A stretch of DNA of 64,000 bases from Burkholderiaceae bacterium (GTDB lineage Bacteria; Pseudomonadota; Gammaproteobacteria; Burkholderiales; Burkholderiaceae_E). The notes under the pieces were generated by a model. That model was given only the letters and a program-made list of their open reading frames with translations, made no database searches and had not been told where the DNA came from. Below are positions 44,954 to 54,455 of the stretch, one piece after another (the stretch's first letter is position 1; each line of letters begins with the position of its first letter). Location of the stretch: assembly GCA_050187175.1 (NCBI GenBank), contig JBFWXS010000002.1, forward strand, positions 7,602-71,601, read 5' to 3'. The position numbers and the translations under genes were made by a program.

Positions 44954-45905
44954 GCGTCGACGAAAGCCCTACCGGGCCGGCCTCGCCGGCCCGGCCACTC
45001 GCGCTGTGCCGCTGGCACTGCACCACCAGCCAGTCGCGAAACGCGTCCAGCGCCGGGTTCGGCCCGCGCTTCTCGGGGCAGATCAGGTAGTAGGCGGTCG
45101 AGGCGCCCGCCGCCGAGGCGCGGCGCGCCAGCCTGGCTTCGATCAGCTGCCCTCGCGCCAGTTGCTCCTGCACCAGGATCCGCGGCACCAGTGCGAACCC
45201 TAGGCCGTGCACCGCGCTGTCGGCGATCAGCGCGAACGTTTCGAGCCGCGGGCCCAGCCGGTCCTGTCCGATCTTCAGGCCGCAGGACTCGAACCATTGG
45301 CGCCAGGCCTGCGGACGCGTGTCCAGATGCAGCAGCCGATGGCGCTGGAAATCGGCCGCGACGATGCGGCGGCGCGGATGGATCAGCGAGGGCGCGCAGA
45401 CGGCGACCGGATCCTCATCCATCAGGAAGGTCTGCTCGGTGCCGGGCCAACCGGCGTCGCGCGCGAAGATCGCCGCGTCTATGGTCGTCTGCTCGAACAG
45501 GAAGGGCCGTGTTCTCGCCACCAGGTTGATGGTGATCTGCGGATGTGCGGCGTAGAAGCTCGGCAGCTGCGGAATCAGCCAGCGGCTGGCGAATGTCGGA
45601 AGTGCCGCGATGGTCACTTCGGCGCTGCTGCCCCCGCGGGCGATCAGATCGGCCGTGTCGCGTTCCAGCATATCCAGCGCCGCGCCCACACGCTGGCTGA
45701 AATCCAGTGCCGCCGGCGTCGGCACGACGCCGCGGCCGGAGCGGCGGAACAGCGCCAGTCCCAGATAAGACTCGAGCGCGGCGATCTGCTTGCAGACGGC
45801 GCTTTGTGTCAGCGACAGATCGTGCGCGGCGACCGTGAAGCTGCTATGCCGGACCGCCGCCTCGAAGATGGACAGGGTCAGGCTGCTGGGAATCTTGCGG
45901 CGCAT
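44844..45905 (-). CDS. LysR family regulator, GcvA-like, with extended C-terminal tail
   Basis: PSSLTLSIFEAAVRHSSFTVAAHDLSLTQSAVCKQI, LPTFASRWLIP. Confidence 0.9.
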   Translation of the reverse strand: MRRKIPSSLTLSIFEAAVRHSSFTVAAHDLSLTQSAVCKQIAALESYLGLALFRRSGRGVVPTPAALDFSQRVGAALDMLERDTADLIARGGSSAEVTIAALPTFASRWLIPQLPSFYAAHPQITINLVARTRPFLFEQTTIDAAIFARDAGWPGTEQTFLMDEDPVAVCAPSLIHPRRRIVAADFQRHRLLHLDTRPQAWRQWFESCGLKIGQDRLGPRLETFALIADSAVHGLGFALVPRILVQEQLARGQLIEARLARRASAAGASTAYYLICPEKRGPNPALDAFRDWLVVQCQRHSASGRAGEAGPVGLSSTLRPPGRKRTRQPPPTAPSAPQAAAPPADTAGARRRR

Positions 45906-45929
45906 CGGTGTCTCCGGCCAGGAATGACG

Positions 45930-45946
45930 AGTTCCATGCAGGAACT
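45930..45946. promoter_or_regulatory. Putative LysR (T-N11-A) operator
   Basis: AGTTCC-ATGCA-GGAACT inverted repeat 25 bp upstream of lysR in the divergent spacer. Confidence 0.55.
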
Positions 45947-46034
45947 GGTCGATGAGAAATGATCAATTGTCCCACTGGGAGGCGATTCCTAGAATCGCCG
46001 TGCTGTTGAGAAATTTTCATTGGTCGGAGACACG

Positions 46035-46913
46035 ATGCCCGCCACCCGCGCTATCGACATCAGCGTACGGCCCATTCCGCCGGAGATCGCCGAGCGCTAC
46101 AACCGCTTGCCCGAATACCGCCACATCTTCGAGCACATCTTCGGCCGCGGCGACCTGCTGTCGCGCGGCATCCCGCTGCAGGAAATGCGCGAGCAGATGG
46201 ATGCGCACAATGTAGGCCGCATCATGGTCAGCGGCGTCGATTCGCGGCGCGAGAACGGCCTGCACGTGGAGAACGACTGGGTGGCGCGGCTGATGGCCGA
46301 ACTGCCGGGACGGGTCATCGGCGGCGTGGGCATAGACCCGCTGCGGCCGATGATGGAGATCACTCGCGAGATCGAGCGCTGCGTCACGCAGCACGGCTTC
46401 TCGTTCGTCAAGCTGTTCCCGTACGCGGTGGGGCTGCCGCCGCACGACCGGCGCTTCTATCCGGTCTACGCGAAATGCTGTGAGCTCGATATTCCGGTCT
46501 GGAGCCAGGTCGGCCACACGGCAGGGCTGATGCCTTCCGAGCCGGGCCGGCCCATCCATCTCGACCGGGTGGCACTGGATTTCCCGGAACTGCGCATCGT
46601 CGGCGCCCATATCGGCTGGCCTTGGGAGCAAGAGATGATCGCGATGGCGCTGAAGCATCCCAACGTCTACGTCAGCACCTGCGGCCATGCGCCCGACCAC
46701 TGGCCGGAAGCGTTCGCCCAGTTCATGAAGACGCGCGGCAAGCGGAAAGTGGTCTTCGGATCGAACTGGCCCTACATTTCGTACGACCGCTATTTCCGGG
46801 ACTTCGGTCGGCTGGGTCTGACGGAAGAGGGCGAGCGGCTGTTCCTGCGCGACAACCTGCTGCGCGTTCTCGGACCGCGCTTCGCAGCACAGGCCGGGTC
46901 GGAGGACGCATGA
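46035..46913 (+). CDS. Amidohydrolase_2 family metal-dependent hydrolase
   Basis: FYPVYAKCCELDIPV..QVGHT, LDRVALDFPELRIVGAHIGWPW, KVVFGSNWP. Confidence 0.9.
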   Translation: MPATRAIDISVRPIPPEIAERYNRLPEYRHIFEHIFGRGDLLSRGIPLQEMREQMDAHNVGRIMVSGVDSRRENGLHVENDWVARLMAELPGRVIGGVGIDPLRPMMEITREIERCVTQHGFSFVKLFPYAVGLPPHDRRFYPVYAKCCELDIPVWSQVGHTAGLMPSEPGRPIHLDRVALDFPELRIVGAHIGWPWEQEMIAMALKHPNVYVSTCGHAPDHWPEAFAQFMKTRGKRKVVFGSNWPYISYDRYFRDFGRLGLTEEGERLFLRDNLLRVLGPRFAAQAGSEDA

Positions 46914-47782
46914 GCGATACGGCCCCGCGCATCGAACTGGTCGCACCCGAGCATGCGATAGGCGAGCGGGCGGTGCGGCACGACGTGCTCGACGCCCGTC
47001 TGCTGGCGCAGTTCGCCGCGCTGCTCGACCAGCCCGCCGACTGGCCGGCGGCAGGCACGCCGCTGCTGCCGGGACGGCACTGGCTGTTCTTCAACAATAT
47101 CGTGCGCCACTCCGAGCTCAAGTCCGACGGCATCGCACGCCGGACGCCGGCGCTGCCCGACGTCGCCGGCGCCGTCCGGATGTGGGCCGGCGGGCGAACC
47201 GACTTCCTGCGTCCGCTGCGTGTCGGTTCACGCGTCCGGCGCGATACCGAGGTCGTCTCGACGTCGAGGAAGACAGGACGTTCCGGCGACCTGGTGTTCG
47301 TCACGCTGCGCCACGAGCTTTGCGACGAGGACGGAGTGGCGATCGTCGAGGAGCAGGATCTGCTGTATCGCGATCCGGCCAATATCCGGCGCAGCATGGC
47401 GCTGTCGCGCCCCGCGCCTGACGGCGCGCAGTGGTCGCGGCCCGTGAACTTCGATCCGATCCAGCTGTTCCGCTATTCGGCGATCACCTTCAATGCGCAT
47501 CGCATGCACTATGACGCGGAGTACGCGCGCAACCGCGACGGCTACCGTGGCGCCGTGGTGCACGGGCCGCTGCTGGCGACACTGCTGATGGACCTGTGCA
47601 GCAGCGCGGCGCAGCGGCCGATCCGGCGGCTCGCCTATCGCGGCGTCAGCCCGCTGTTCGCCGAAGAGCCGGCCGTGCTGTGCGGCCGTCCGGAGGGCGA
47701 CGGCGCGAAAGCATGGGCCGCTGGCACCGACGGCAGGCTGGCAATGGAAGCGGAGCTCACTTTCGGGGAGCCGGCGCTGTGA
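46910..47782 (+). CDS. Double-hotdog acyl-CoA hydratase (itaconyl/mesaconyl-CoA hydratase-like), second copy
   Basis: RMWAGG, KTGRSGDLVFV, EEQDLLYR, LFRYSAITFNAHRMHYD, VVHGPL. Confidence 0.88.
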   Translation: MSDTAPRIELVAPEHAIGERAVRHDVLDARLLAQFAALLDQPADWPAAGTPLLPGRHWLFFNNIVRHSELKSDGIARRTPALPDVAGAVRMWAGGRTDFLRPLRVGSRVRRDTEVVSTSRKTGRSGDLVFVTLRHELCDEDGVAIVEEQDLLYRDPANIRRSMALSRPAPDGAQWSRPVNFDPIQLFRYSAITFNAHRMHYDAEYARNRDGYRGAVVHGPLLATLLMDLCSSAAQRPIRRLAYRGVSPLFAEEPAVLCGRPEGDGAKAWAAGTDGRLAMEAELTFGEPAL

Positions 47783-49182
47783 CGCCGGACTTCTACTATC
47801 CGAATGCGCTCGACTTCACAGCGCTGCTGGCTGAATTCCCTACCGGCCGCGAGTACGTCGACCGCGTGCACCGGATGTCGCGCGACGAACTGCATGCGCT
47901 GCAGCAGCAGCGATTCCTCGCGCAGATCGCGCGCGCGTGGCAGGTGCCGTTCTATCGTCGGCACTGGACGGAGGCCGGTCTCGAGCCCGGCGACATCAAG
48001 GAGCTGGACGATCTGCGGCTCATCCCGCCGTACGACGTCAATGACCTGCGTCGAAGCATAGAGCGCTGCCCGCCGTGGGGCGACTACATGGGCATCGATC
48101 CGGCCGTCGATGCGCCGATGCCGCTCGTGTTCCAGACCAGCGGCGGCACGACCGGATTGCCTCGGCCGATGATGTATACGCCGCGCGACCGCGAGGTGAT
48201 GGCGATCACCAGCGCGCGGCGCCAGTACATGGCGGGCGTGCGGCCCTGGGACGTCGCGCAGGTGACGTTCTCGCTGGGGCTGGCCAATGCCGGCATGCTG
48301 TCGCGCGAAGGACTCTGGAAGTACACCGGCGCGATTCCGGTCATGACTGGCTCGGGCGCCACGCTGCCGACGCGCCGCCAGCTGGAGGTCATGCGGGCCT
48401 GGAAGGTGAACGTGCTGCTGGCGTTTCCCGCTTACCTGCGGCATCTGGCCGCGACGGCCCGGGACGAAATGGGTTTCGACGTGCGCGAACTGGGGCTCAA
48501 GGCCCTGGTCACGCACCTGGGCAGCGACGATCGGGCCGCACTCGAAGCGCTATGGGGCGCACCGGCCTTCGACAGCTACGGGACCAATGAATGCGGCACG
48601 ATCGCCGCCGATTGTCCGCAGCGCGACGGCATGCATGTGTTCGAGGATGCTTTCATCGTCGAGGTCAATGATCCGGCCACGCTTGCCCCGCGGTCCGGCG
48701 AAGAGCGCGGAACCATGTTCGTCACCAGCCTGTTCAAGCATGCGGCGCCGATCGTGCGCTTCAACTCGAACGACGTCTCCGCGTGGAAGCGCGGGGCTTG
48801 CGCCTGCGGCGGAACCCATCGCCGGCTCGCTGCGCTGTACGGCCGCAGCGACAACATGGTGAAGCTGCGTGGCGTCAACGTGTTTCCGGAGGCGATCGGC
48901 GCGGTCGTGGCGGAACAGGCCTGGTCGAACGGCGAATACGTCTGTCTGGTGGAGCAGGCCGGCGAGGCGCGGCGCGAGGAGATGACGGTCCTGGTCGAAG
49001 AGGCCGAGGCCGGCGTCGATCGGACGCAGCGCGCGGCGGCACTCGAAGCACGGTTCAAGGAAGTGCTGGGCGTACGCGTCGCTGCCCGCGTGGTCGGCAG
49101 CGGCGAGACCGATGCGCATACCGGACTGTCGACGACATCCAAGATACGGCGCTTGATCGATCGCCGCACCCCGGCCGCTTGA
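47779..49182 (+). CDS. PaaK-like (phenylacetate-CoA ligase family) acyl-CoA synthetase
   Basis: QTSGGTTGLP, SYGTNECG, GRSDNMVKLRGVNVFP; GTGA overlap. Confidence 0.9.
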   Translation: MTPDFYYPNALDFTALLAEFPTGREYVDRVHRMSRDELHALQQQRFLAQIARAWQVPFYRRHWTEAGLEPGDIKELDDLRLIPPYDVNDLRRSIERCPPWGDYMGIDPAVDAPMPLVFQTSGGTTGLPRPMMYTPRDREVMAITSARRQYMAGVRPWDVAQVTFSLGLANAGMLSREGLWKYTGAIPVMTGSGATLPTRRQLEVMRAWKVNVLLAFPAYLRHLAATARDEMGFDVRELGLKALVTHLGSDDRAALEALWGAPAFDSYGTNECGTIAADCPQRDGMHVFEDAFIVEVNDPATLAPRSGEERGTMFVTSLFKHAAPIVRFNSNDVSAWKRGACACGGTHRRLAALYGRSDNMVKLRGVNVFPEAIGAVVAEQAWSNGEYVCLVEQAGEARREEMTVLVEEAEAGVDRTQRAAALEARFKEVLGVRVAARVVGSGETDAHTGLSTTSKIRRLIDRRTPAA

Positions 49183-49208
49183 GCCGGCGAACAATGAGGA
49201 GAGCATCC

Positions 49209-50207
49209 ATGAGTCAAAGCACATTCCACCGGCGACGCGCCATCACAGCAGGCGCGACGCTGCTCGCAGGCGGCCTGGTCTGCCCGGGCGCGTCCGTTCT
49301 TGCGCAAACCGCCGCATGGCCGTCGCGGCCGGTCCGGCTGGTGGTGCCGTTCGCCGCGGGCGGCTCGACCGACGTCCTCGCGCGTCTGCTCGGCGCGCAT
49401 ATGGCTCAGACCTGGGGCCAGCCCGTGGTGATCGATAACAAGACGGGCGCCGGCGGCGTGATCGGCGCCGACTTGGTCGCCAAGTCGCCGCCCGACGGCT
49501 ACACGCTGCTGCTGACTATCACGTCGATGATCCAGGCGGCGGCGCTGAATCCGAAACTGCCGTTCGACCCGTTCAAGGACTTCGTCGCCGTCTCGCAGAT
49601 CGGCTACTCGCAGAGTCTGCTGCTCGTGCCGGCAGCCTTGCCGGTCAAGACCGTCGGCGATCTGGTGACGCTGTCGAAGACCGGCAAGGGCTTGAGCTTC
49701 GCGTCGTTCGGCACCGGCACGTCGCCGCATCTGTACGGCGAACTGCTGAACATGCGCGCCGGCACCCGGCTGGTCCATGTGCCGTACAAGGGCGCCTCGC
49801 TGGCGATCAACGACCTGATCAGCGGCCAGGTCGATGCCGTGTTCGTCGACATGGGCTCGGCGCGGCCGCAGCTCGGCACCGGCAAGGTCAAGCCGCTGGC
49901 GATCACCGGCGAACGGCGCGCCAGCTTCCTGCCGGACGTTCCGACCATGGCCGAGAGCGGTTATCCCGGCTTCGAGCCGAACGGCTGGTTCGGCTTGTTC
50001 GCGCCGGCCGGCACGCCTGCCGACATCGTCGCCCGCGTCACCGCGGAGGCGGCGCGCATCGTCAAGCTGCCCGAGGTCGCCGAGCGCTTCGCGGCGCTCG
50101 GCGTCACGCCATTGGGCAGCACGCCGGATCAGTTCGCGGCCATGCTGCGCGCGGATGCGCCGAAGTGGGCGCGAATCGTTCGCGAAGCGAACATCCGCGT
50201 GGAATGA
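49209..50207 (+). CDS. Bug/TctC substrate-binding protein
   Basis: HRRRAI leader, WPSRPVRLVVPFAAGGSTDVLAR, HVPYKG. Confidence 0.92.
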   Translation: MSQSTFHRRRAITAGATLLAGGLVCPGASVLAQTAAWPSRPVRLVVPFAAGGSTDVLARLLGAHMAQTWGQPVVIDNKTGAGGVIGADLVAKSPPDGYTLLLTITSMIQAAALNPKLPFDPFKDFVAVSQIGYSQSLLLVPAALPVKTVGDLVTLSKTGKGLSFASFGTGTSPHLYGELLNMRAGTRLVHVPYKGASLAINDLISGQVDAVFVDMGSARPQLGTGKVKPLAITGERRASFLPDVPTMAESGYPGFEPNGWFGLFAPAGTPADIVARVTAEAARIVKLPEVAERFAALGVTPLGSTPDQFAAMLRADAPKWARIVREANIRVE

Positions 50208-50848
50208 ATCCGGAGTTCCCTGTGCATCTCGACGCGGGCGATCTGGGGGCCGACGAGGTCTACAAGCTGCTGTCGGGCATCGTGGTGCCGCGGCCCATTG
50301 CCTGGATCACGAGCCTGACCGAAAGCGGCCAGGTGAATCTGGCCCCGTTCTCGTGCTACACGTTCGTGTGCAACCGGCCGCCCATGCTAGGCGTGACCTT
50401 CGGTCGCAAGGCCGGCCGCCGCAAGGATTCCGCGGCGAACATCCTGGCGCGCCGCGAGTACGTGGTCAACGTCGGCAGCTGGTCGCAGCGCGAGCAGATC
50501 CATCTCAGCAGCGAAGAACATCCGCCGGAGGTCAGCGAGGTCGAGCTGCTGGGAGTTGCGACGGCCCGCTCGAGCGCGGTGCAGGTGCCGCGGCTGGCCG
50601 ATGCGCCCGTCAGCATGGAGTGCCGGCTCGTGCAGGTGCTGCCGTTCGGCGAGCTGGGTTCGGAGTTCTTCGTCGGTGAAGTGCTTGCCTTCCACATCCG
50701 AGACGGCTTGTGTCGCGACGGCAAGATCGACACGCGGCTGCTCGATCCGGTATGCCGCATCGGCGGTCCCAACTATGCGTCCCTCGGCGAGATCGTCACG
50801 CTGCGCCATGTCGCGCAGACGCCGCGGGGTGCACCGGCGGCGGGCTGA
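50204..50848 (+). CDS. Flavin reductase-like FMN-binding protein (DIM6/NTAB family)
   Basis: YKLLSGIVVPRPIAWITS..NLAPFS, KDSAANI, MECRL, RIGGPNY. Confidence 0.9.
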   Translation: MNPEFPVHLDAGDLGADEVYKLLSGIVVPRPIAWITSLTESGQVNLAPFSCYTFVCNRPPMLGVTFGRKAGRRKDSAANILARREYVVNVGSWSQREQIHLSSEEHPPEVSEVELLGVATARSSAVQVPRLADAPVSMECRLVQVLPFGELGSEFFVGEVLAFHIRDGLCRDGKIDTRLLDPVCRIGGPNYASLGEIVTLRHVAQTPRGAPAAG

Positions 50849-52508
50849 CGCGTCGACGAGCATCGTTCGACCGGACCGGCGGTCCGCCGACGACTCGCGC
50901 GAGCAGTGCGCCGGCATCGTCCGGCAGGCGATCGCCGAGCCACGCGAGATGCTGATCCGGACGCACCAGCGCGAGCCGGGCTCGATACAGCTGCGCGAAG
51001 CGAGCTTCGTCCAGCCGGATCACTTCGAGCGGGATGCCGGCGCTATCGGCGAGACGGGCCAGGCGATCGCCGTCGTCGCCGGACAGCGATCCGTCCACCA
51101 GTAGCGTGAAGCCGGTGCCGAAGGCGTCGAACAGCGAGCGGCCGTCGCGCAGCCAGAAGTGCGGTGCCAGTGCGCCGGGGCGCGGAGCCGGCACGTAGTC
51201 GAGGCTGAGGCCGGTGGCGGGCGTCGTGTCGGTGTCCGCGGCGACGATTGGGGAGCTGCCATACCGGTAGCCCAGCACCAGGCCCAGATTGAAGAACTCG
51301 CGCCGCTTCTCACGCAGAATCTGCTGCCCGAGAGCTTCGCGGGCCGCGGCGCCCGTCGGTCCTTCCACGTCCAGGTCGTCGCGCAGCAGTCCCGTCCCCG
51401 CGAGCTGATAGTTGGCATTGGACTCGTCCATCACCTGCCTGTGGACCGGCCGGCGCTCCTGCTCATAGGAGTCCGGCAGCGCCGGCCCGCCCCATCCGTG
51501 GATCATGGCGGCCAGCTTCCAACCGAGATCGACCGCGTCCCCGATCCCCATGTTCATGCCATGCCCTCCGAACGGCGGGTGCATGTGGCACGCGTCGCCG
51601 GCAAGGAACACCCTGTCGCTTCCGTAGTGCTCTGCCTGCAGGCAATGGGCGTACCACGGATCGATGCCGACGATCTCGATGTCCAGATCCATGCCGCAGG
51701 CTCCGCGGATCAACCGGCGCGCCTGCTCGGCATCGCCGTCCGCGACGTCCTCGCCCAGCCGGGCTGCGATCAGATACCAAAGGCCTTGGTCGTCCACCGG
51801 CCCCATCAGGGCGCAGGCTTGCGGATTGACGGTCCAGTACTGGATGGCAGGCATTCGCTGGTAGATCGCCTGCAGCGCCGGCGCCCGGAACAGCACATTG
51901 AGATTGGCCGCTACGGCGCCGATACCCTGCATCGGAATGCCTAGCTGCTCGCGGACCGTGCTGCGTCCGCCATCGGCGCCGATCAGGTAGCGGGCGCTGA
52001 TTTCCTGTCGAGCGCCGGTCCGCACGTCGCTGAGCGTCGCGACCACCCCATCGTCGGCCGTCTGCAATGCGTCCAGACGAGTGTCGAAGCGCAGCTCGAC
52101 CGAGGAGCGCCGCAGCGCTCCGCGTTCCAGGACTTCTTCGAGCGTGTACTGCGGAACCCACTGCGCGGGCTCCGAGAAGAGTTCGCTTCGCTGTTCGAGC
52201 CGGTAGAACGCATTCTCGAACCGCGCCAGCACGTGACCGGTCAGCGAGGTGGTGAAGATCACATTGGACGGCTGCTGCCTCGGCATCGAGGAGGCCTGCC
52301 GGAGCTCATCGGCGAGGCCCCAGCGGCGCAGCAGTTCGGCGGTCCGTACGTTGGTCAGCTTGGCGCGCGGCGAGTTGCCGACTTTCCGTCGTTGCTCGAC
52401 GACCAGGCAGCGCACGGAATGCAGGCCGAGCTCATTGGCCAGCGCCAGCCCGACCGGGCCGGCCCCCACCACGAGGACATCGACATCGGGGGAACGAGCT
52501 TGGGTCAT
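50796..52508 (-). CDS. FAD-dependent monooxygenase (paralog of 19776-21437)
   Basis: GAGPVG, PRAKLTNVR, GADGGRSTVR, GDACHMHPPFGGHGMNMG, VRPDQH. Confidence 0.93.
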   Translation of the reverse strand: MTQARSPDVDVLVVGAGPVGLALANELGLHSVRCLVVEQRRKVGNSPRAKLTNVRTAELLRRWGLADELRQASSMPRQQPSNVIFTTSLTGHVLARFENAFYRLEQRSELFSEPAQWVPQYTLEEVLERGALRRSSVELRFDTRLDALQTADDGVVATLSDVRTGARQEISARYLIGADGGRSTVREQLGIPMQGIGAVAANLNVLFRAPALQAIYQRMPAIQYWTVNPQACALMGPVDDQGLWYLIAARLGEDVADGDAEQARRLIRGACGMDLDIEIVGIDPWYAHCLQAEHYGSDRVFLAGDACHMHPPFGGHGMNMGIGDAVDLGWKLAAMIHGWGGPALPDSYEQERRPVHRQVMDESNANYQLAGTGLLRDDLDVEGPTGAAAREALGQQILREKRREFFNLGLVLGYRYGSSPIVAADTDTTPATGLSLDYVPAPRPGALAPHFWLRDGRSLFDAFGTGFTLLVDGSLSGDDGDRLARLADSAGIPLEVIRLDEARFAQLYRARLALVRPDQHLAWLGDRLPDDAGALLARVVGGPPVRSNDARRRVSPPPVHPAASARHGAA

Positions 52509-53440
52509 GGGCGGAAAGGCTTCGCGTGGCTTGGGGAATGGCCCGGCATGCCGGGTACGTACTGGAGCTGGTCGCCGCGGGCATGGATCGATCCGAAACC
52601 CGATTGCGAGAAATGGGCGGGAAAGAGCAGCAGGTTCTCTTCGGCCGCCTGCCGAAGCAGTTGGCGCCGGGTTTCGACGGCGATGTCCGGTAGCTGGCAG
52701 AAGGCCGAGTTCCATTCGGGTCTGGCGATCTGCACCGGGTGGTGGACGACGTCGCCGCAGAAGACGGCGCCGGCCTGCGCATCGTGCAGATGGACGGCGT
52801 AGTGTCCGGCGGTATGCCCCGGCGCCGGCCGCACGCGCAGGTGGTCGTCGACGTCCCAGGCGCCGTCGATGACCTGGGCCAGGCCTGCTTCGATGACCGG
52901 CAGCACGCTGTCCTGATACACGCCTTCATGCGGTCCCATCGAGCCCGGCGCTTGCCGGGTCCAGTAGTCCAGCTCCTGCCTGGAGAAGAGGTACTTCGCA
53001 TTCGGGAAGGTAGGCACCCATCGTCCGTCGAGCCGTCGCGTGTTCCAGCCGCAGTGGTCGGCATGAAGATGCGTGCAGCAGACGAAGTCGATGTCGGACG
53101 GCTGCAGGCCCGTCGCTGCGAGCTGGCTCAGGAAGTCCGATCCCAGCCGATGGAACGGCGGAAAGCCGGGGCGCTCCTTGTCGTTGCCGATGCAGCTGTC
53201 GATGAGCACCACGTGCCGCGGCGTCCGGACGATCCAGCAGCGAAAGCTCAGATGCAGCAGATGCGATTGCGCGTCCAGGTAGTGCGGTGCCAGCGCGTGC
53301 AAGGCATCGCCGAGCAGCTCGGGCTGGTACTGCGGCAGCAGATCGAAGGCGGGGACGCTGGCGGCGAGATCCGTCAGGCTGAAGACGAGGCTGTCGCCGC
53401 ACCGCGCCAGCTCGGCGGTGCTTCGTGTCGATGCGCTCAT
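52505..53440 (-). CDS. Metallo-beta-lactamase-fold hydrolase
   Basis: THLHADHCG (HxHxDH), FPNAKY, PGHTAGH, GDVVHH, PAHF. Confidence 0.92.
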   Translation of the reverse strand: MSASTRSTAELARCGDSLVFSLTDLAASVPAFDLLPQYQPELLGDALHALAPHYLDAQSHLLHLSFRCWIVRTPRHVVLIDSCIGNDKERPGFPPFHRLGSDFLSQLAATGLQPSDIDFVCCTHLHADHCGWNTRRLDGRWVPTFPNAKYLFSRQELDYWTRQAPGSMGPHEGVYQDSVLPVIEAGLAQVIDGAWDVDDHLRVRPAPGHTAGHYAVHLHDAQAGAVFCGDVVHHPVQIARPEWNSAFCQLPDIAVETRRQLLRQAAEENLLLFPAHFSQSGFGSIHARGDQLQYVPGMPGHSPSHAKPFRP

Positions 53441-54450
53441 CACGGCTCCAGTCTGAAGATTCGGAAAGGAAGCTGAACGCGGCTCTGTCCGTCCGTGTGA
53501 AACAGCGGCAGGCGATGGACTTGCGAACTGGGAAAGTACAGCGCGCCGTCGGGGCCCACGCTGGGCTCGTTCGGAAAGCTGATTCGTTCGTCGCGAATCA
53601 CGCTGCGCAGCCGTCCATCCGTCTCGAGGTGCAGGATGGCGTTCTCGGTGATCGAGCACAGGTAGAAGCCGCCCGATGGGGCGCGCGTGATGCCGGCCAG
53701 CGGCGGAATCGAGGCCACAGTCTCGACGCTGCGGCCGAGCTCCTCGTCGCTGACCTGCGGATCGACGAGCAGCGCGATCGGCGCGCGGGACAGCCGCGGG
53801 CCGAACAGCGGGCAGAAGTAGAGCCACTGGTCGTCATGGCTGACTTCGAGCAGATTGACGTGAATGACCTGGGGCTTGCCGGTGCTCGCCTTGCGGAACT
53901 CGTGGCCGTCGATGCACGGCACGATGGACGGATCCGCGGCAGTGGAGGCGTGCGTGCCCAGCACCCGGCGCGTACTGCCGTCGCGCAGATCGAGAACGAT
54001 GATGGCACGGCCATGCGACTCGGTGATGAACAGATGATCGCCGTGCCGGCGAAGATGGCCGAGCAGGGCCCGGGGCGGCAGCACTTCCGGCCCGAGGCTG
54101 TAGACCTTGACGACGCGGTTGCTCCTCACGTCGATCTGGACCACCTTGGGGGCGCCCGGGATGTAGGGCTCGAAGAACGGCGAGCCGTCGTCGACGACCC
54201 ACAGCTGGTCGGTGTCGTCCACGTAGACGGAGTGCGCCATGACGAAGCGGTCTTCAGGCGCCAGGCCTTCGTTCCACGTGTTCCAGCGCGCATCCGGATA
54301 CGGGACCAGCTGTCCGCCGGCATCGACCTCCGCGACCGATGCGCTCTGTTCCACCGACCAGCGCGGCAGGCTGCAGAAGATCCTGCCGGTCGACGATACC
54401 GCCACGCCGTTGACGATGGTGTCGGAGGTGGCGACGGAACTCAGTTTCAT
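53440..54450 (-). CDS. Major royal jelly/Yellow-like six-bladed beta-propeller (SMP-30/gluconolactonase-related)
   Basis: NGVAVS..GRIF.SLPRW, LVPYPDARWN, SVYVD..DQLWVVDDG, PKVVQID, DERISFPN, SSQVHR; no signal peptide. Confidence 0.8.
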   Translation of the reverse strand: MKLSSVATSDTIVNGVAVSSTGRIFCSLPRWSVEQSASVAEVDAGGQLVPYPDARWNTWNEGLAPEDRFVMAHSVYVDDTDQLWVVDDGSPFFEPYIPGAPKVVQIDVRSNRVVKVYSLGPEVLPPRALLGHLRRHGDHLFITESHGRAIIVLDLRDGSTRRVLGTHASTAADPSIVPCIDGHEFRKASTGKPQVIHVNLLEVSHDDQWLYFCPLFGPRLSRAPIALLVDPQVSDEELGRSVETVASIPPLAGITRAPSGGFYLCSITENAILHLETDGRLRSVIRDERISFPNEPSVGPDGALYFPSSQVHRLPLFHTDGQSRVQLPFRIFRLEP

Positions 54451-54455
54451 GGCCG

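Noticed and set aside
52505-53440. MBL-fold gene as an antibiotic-resistance beta-lactamase
   Set aside because: No signal peptide, HxHxDH-type lactonase/phosphotriesterase signature and a catabolic context.
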